Source: Candidatus Enterenecus merdae (GTDB lineage: Bacteria; Bacillota; Clostridia; Oscillospirales; Oscillospiraceae). Taken from it: a DNA stretch of 64,000 nt. The translations under genes and the position numbers were made by a program. Under the pieces are notes generated by a model. It had not been told where the DNA came from, made no database searches, and saw only the letters and a program-made list of their open reading frames with translations. The DNA is taken from assembly GCA_018716385.1 (NCBI GenBank), contig DVJZ01000041.1, positions 3,485 to 67,484 of the forward strand. Reading direction: 5' to 3'. Shown piece after piece: positions 63,861 through 64,000 of this stretch (position 1 is its first letter; each line of letters starts with the position of its first letter).

Positions 63861-64000
63861 GGCTGCACCTCCTGGCCGTCGTCATTCGACGGATCTGTGC
63901 CATCCTCCGGGGCAGTATCCTTTGGAGCAGGGGATTCCATCGGATCGGCGTCTTGGGCGGCAACTGTGTCTGCCGGGACCGTCTCCTCCTGGGCAGCGTG
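63857..64000 (-). CDS. 3' end of an upstream gene with an acidic low-complexity tail; identity unknown
   Basis: Reads HAAQEETVPADTVAAQDADPMESPAPKDTAPEDGTDPSNDDGQEVQP*, with the TGA overlapping the gpsA ATG. Confidence 0.6.
   Translation of the reverse strand, partial: HAAQEETVPADTVAAQDADPMESPAPKDTAPEDGTDPSNDDGQEVQP

Overview
Bacterial DNA with a GC-rich core. The gene set (SLH proteins, tepA, SleB/CwlJ-type hydrolases, hprK) points to a spore-forming clostridial organism; Oscillospiraceae is my inference. Positions 1 to about 22.4 kb are an accessory region. It holds three giant modular surface/adhesin genes: one SLH-anchored and 5'-partial, one with about 21 Dx[DN]xDG-type motifs and no anchor, and one split from its SLH anchor by a single in-frame TAG. 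It also holds a decayed Tn916-type integrase fragment, a RibD/DHFR-fold gene and an XRE regulator. Positions 22.5-64 kb are core genome: glnA-ANTAR-dapF-dapL-gltB-gltD, purF, ppdK, ftsK, uppP, tepA, coaE, a HAD-TsaC fusion, prfA, an ABC-F, murF, ddl, tRNA-Gln, tRNA-Ser, two cell-wall hydrolases, an AGCS symporter, glmS, hprK, rpmB, ogt and gpsA. The most notable observations are: a 151-bp palindromic insert flanked by a 50-bp duplication of the glmS 3' end; the HAD-TsaC fusion; a Cys-rich pseudo-receiver ANTAR protein with a matching RNA hairpin in the glnA leader; a C-type-lectin-like adhesin tip resembling DGR targets; and two adhesins apparently cut off from their wall anchors. No database searches were run; family assignments come from motif recognition.
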